Source of the DNA: Lingula anatina
Taxonomy: Eukaryota; Animalia; Brachiopoda
Length of the DNA stretch: 64,000 bases
Direction of reading: 5' to 3'
Assembly (NCBI GenBank): GCA_051362555.1
Contig: CM120641.1
Span: forward strand, 34,602,401-34,666,400
Part shown: in pieces, positions 60,559-64,000 of the stretch
Layout of the letters: each line of letters begins with the position of its first letter
How positions within the stretch are numbered: position 1 is the first letter of the stretch
The notes under the pieces: model-generated
The model's input: only the letters and a program-made list of their open reading frames with translations
Told to the model about the DNA's origin: nothing
Databases searched by the model: none
Translations under genes and position numbers: made by a program

Positions 60559-63149
60559 TCACCAGTTTTCTGGCTCATCAAACAATTTCTTCTCTGAACC
60601 TGAAATGAAGGAGAAAACATGTTGCTTCTTTCAAAACAAATTTCTTTGTACACAAAATAGTAATGCTCTATCAAATAATAATATAAGCCATTATATCTGA
60701 CAGCTAATATAGTAACTAAGACAAATAAAGTAACTAAACCAACAAAAAATCCCTAAAAAGAGAAAAAATTCATTTTTCTATCAATAACCCAAGGAAAAAA
60801 CTTTATCCATTTATCCAAGAAGTAATAAAAAGCAACTCATGTCTTTACAAAGCTGTGGTATATCATGTTGTCTCCTACCTAGATAGGGCAATCTTTGACT
60901 TTTGACCCCGAGAATCGCGGCTGTTTACGTAATTTACTCTATTATCAGTTATATAAAACTGTCTGCCCCACACTCATATTTGGGGTTGACATATCTTGGA
61001 AAAATAAACAAACCAAACGCAGTGTGATCCTAATCCTGAACAATGCCCCACCCCCTTCCAATCCTTATCAAAATACAACAACTAAACAGAATGTGCCCTA
61101 GTTTGCTGAATAAGCATAACACAAAAGTGCATAGTATTGGGCTCCTGTTTTTTTTTTTTAACCAAATTAAACCAAGTCCACAAATGTATTGTATGTATCA
61201 TTTCAAACTTAATGAATTATAATCATTATCATTATTAATCAAAAGCCTGTTGCTGATGATAAACAAAGCATATTTTCACATATACCTACAGTATCATGTT
61301 ATTTATAAATATATATGTAATTTTTTAATGTTGATGTGCCCCCACTTGAGTTTATTTTTCTGATGACAGCATGTTGCTCACCACTTTTGCAGTCAGTCTT
61401 CATTCTCTTGGCCAAAGGTTCACCTAAAATTGGAATAAACATGCAATATATAAATATCATCATAAATGCATTTTGACATTCCATGACCATTACAAGCATG
61501 ATTTTATGACCTAGTATTTCCACATCTTCACATATTTGAGAAATGTCAACATTCCAATTTAAGGATGAAATGCTAGTAGAATGACAGTTTCTTTCAATCA
61601 GGTCTTAATTACCTAAATCGTCCATGTTGACAGTACCATTGTTTTCTTCTTCCATCTCCTCTGGAATAGGAGTGATGCTACGGGTGGATTGGAAGGGGGA
61701 TGCACTGAACAAAACATATATACACATAAAAAACACAACCTTCATTCTCAAACAATTTAATGTACACAACATTGAGTTTATGTATAGTGTGAAGTATTTT
61801 AAGAGTCAAATATTTAACAATGTTATTCTTTGAATAATTGCACTATGAACCATGAAAATCATTTGTCTGAGGACACTTCACTTTCAGATTCAGTTTATTA
61901 TAATTCCAGAAAAAGCTTCTGCATCCATACCCTTGTAAACAGTAACTTTCAAGACAGTGCCCTTAAATTAAATAAAACTATGACCAAAAGCATATTTTCA
62001 ATTGTGTTTTGAAAGTGTTCTTCATTCCAAGTTCACACTTACTTCACATTCAGTGGACTGGAAGACTGCCTCTTCTTCACAGGTAAGTCCAAGTCAGATG
62101 CTGGTATGTTATGCTTTCTGGATGAAGACTTCTGCATTCTCTCGATGAAATCTTTGTAAGCAACAACACTAAAGGTGTCTCCAGTGGTTATGTTCTGTAG
62201 CACTACATAAAAAAAATCCAAAGTCTAAAATTGTATTACACTATTCTATGAGATCTTGGGGCCACTAAACATTACATTTAAAATGTTGATAAGCAATTTA
62301 GACATAGAGCGTGGATTGAAAAGGTTTTCATTATGGTTTACTCCCCTTTTGCAAGTCATTCAAACAAAATATAAATGTATGGACCCAGCAAAATTTTGGC
62401 AGAACCTGCTATTCTACAAATTCAACTGACTGTTTATAACAAATCAAAACTGTGCATATATATGTAATTAATTAATTATAATGAAAAAAAACTACCTCTG
62501 TCAGCTTCATCCTTTTTGTACAGAGAAACAAAGGCAGAGTTATCATCCAGCCAACCAATGTAAACATTCCCTACATAAAGATAAAACAAAGACTATCATT
62601 AAAGGAATACCATAAACGTTCTTCTTTGGATAAACTCATCAACTTCAATACAGAAAGTTAAACATCAAGCAAGTAATAATAATCTTATATCCTCAGATTT
62701 TAATTTTTTTAAATACATGTTGAATAATCTAGTCTGTTTTACCCATGATATAAAGATCTTACTTAAAATGTGGTCTTATTTGTGCTATTTTTGTTTGGAA
62801 GTGAATGACTGTTTATTTAAACAAAACCATATTACTATCATAACAATATACAAAATTGAATGTCTCTTACCAAAGGGAGCAAAGAGCTGAGAAATGTCAG
62901 ACGTCTTCCATTCTTTTGGGAATGACAAATGGAACACATGATCTCGGCTTGGCTGTACTGAAAGAGTAAAATATAAATTACTGGATGAAAAACAACAACA
63001 AAGAAATGGTCCTTTGCAAGATTTTAAATCGCACTTGGCACATAAATTTCATAGGAAGAAATGGAAGAAATTAAAGCAAGAATTCACACTTACAATCAGG
63101 TCCTGCCAGATTCATGTAAGGAATGTCTTGTACTCGGAACATGAATAAC
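60559..63149 (-). CDS. PARN: poly(A)-specific ribonuclease, 3' part (end of nuclease domain, RRM, C-terminal tail); 5' exons lie beyond the window
   Basis: Exons (minus): 63094-63149, 62871-62957, 62496-62570, 62043-62202, 61613-61704, 61382-61423, 60559-60599; phases consistent. [64 protein letters not shown] and terminal LFDEPENW* match recalled human PARN. Minus-strand AATAAA at 60064-60069. Confidence 0.94.
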
Positions 63150-64000
63150 CTGAAATGAAATTGAAATATCAGTGAACAAACTGTGCCAAAATCAATCTTG
63201 TTATCATCATCATAAAGTTGCATTCTAGATTTCACCACTTTCTGCCAAGTGTCTCTGCTCGTAATCAGATTTGGAACATTTTCTATCACCTTGCTGAATT
63301 CACAATCAATACAGTTTAGTGGTATTGTCTGAGGTGGTCTCAACCTTGGCACAGTAGCAGTAGAAAACTGAACTGCAAGTGTTGTTTAAAATATGTAAAA
63401 CTTAATTATTTATGGGTACCCTAACACTACACAAGGCTTCTGTTTCTGTAGGTAAAATGCGTTTATCCAATTAAGGTTACATTAAATTAATTTCATTTAC
63501 ACCATTACTACAGTCTTGTGCGGTGTTAAAAAAACACCACACATACAAAGATTTGTCTTACTTGTTTAGAAAGGGCTCTATTAGGGGTGATGATGGAGGT
63601 ATATGCTCTTTTTTTGGTGACTGAAAAGTGCCTTTCAAAGAGAAAAAAATAGAGACTTTGAAAAATCATTGCTATGCAACATAATTTCTTTAAACATTTC
63701 ATCGTTGATGGCAATTTGTCCGCAATGAAGGTCCAATCTAAAGCAACTAGTGGATCAGAGAGGCGATACCGCCTCAGAATATTGTACCACCAGCTGGAGC
63801 AAGCGCATTTGTATAGACCCCCCACATACACAAAATAAGGGACACAGCCACCAGTCTTCTGCTTGACAAGCTATAAAAATGCAATCAACAAGAATTTTCA
63901 AAATACGCAAAAAATATATATAACTTAAAATGGTACAATCAAAGTTAAGTTCATCGTAAGGTAGGTCAAAGGTCAATTTCAAGGTCACAGTAAATTGCCA

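Noticed and set aside
63586-63625. C/D-box snoRNA-like GTGATGA...CTGA in a PARN intron
   Set aside because: Antisense to the host gene, boxes too close together, no terminal stem.

Overview
AT-rich, intron-rich animal DNA; the innexins and gene content suggest a lophotrochozoan such as a mollusc (inference). I assembled five protein-coding loci by hand from splice sites and reading frames. They are AIDA (minus, 10 coding exons, 302 aa); a tau-tubulin kinase head-to-head with it (plus, 7 coding exons, about 1228 aa); two tandem innexins with intronless CDS; and the last 7 coding exons of PARN (minus, runs off the right edge). About 37-60 kb has no recognisable host protein-coding gene but holds regulatory-looking motifs and mobile DNA. 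The most notable non-genic signals are: (i) a 236-bp foldback element whose two arms each carry a minimal Penelope-type hammerhead ribozyme motif; (ii) two CAGGC-ended non-autonomous DNA transposons with 5-bp target duplications; (iii) a 29-bp palindromic element with a 7-bp target duplication; (iv) a 34-bp minisatellite. No database searches were run. Family assignments come from recalled motifs.
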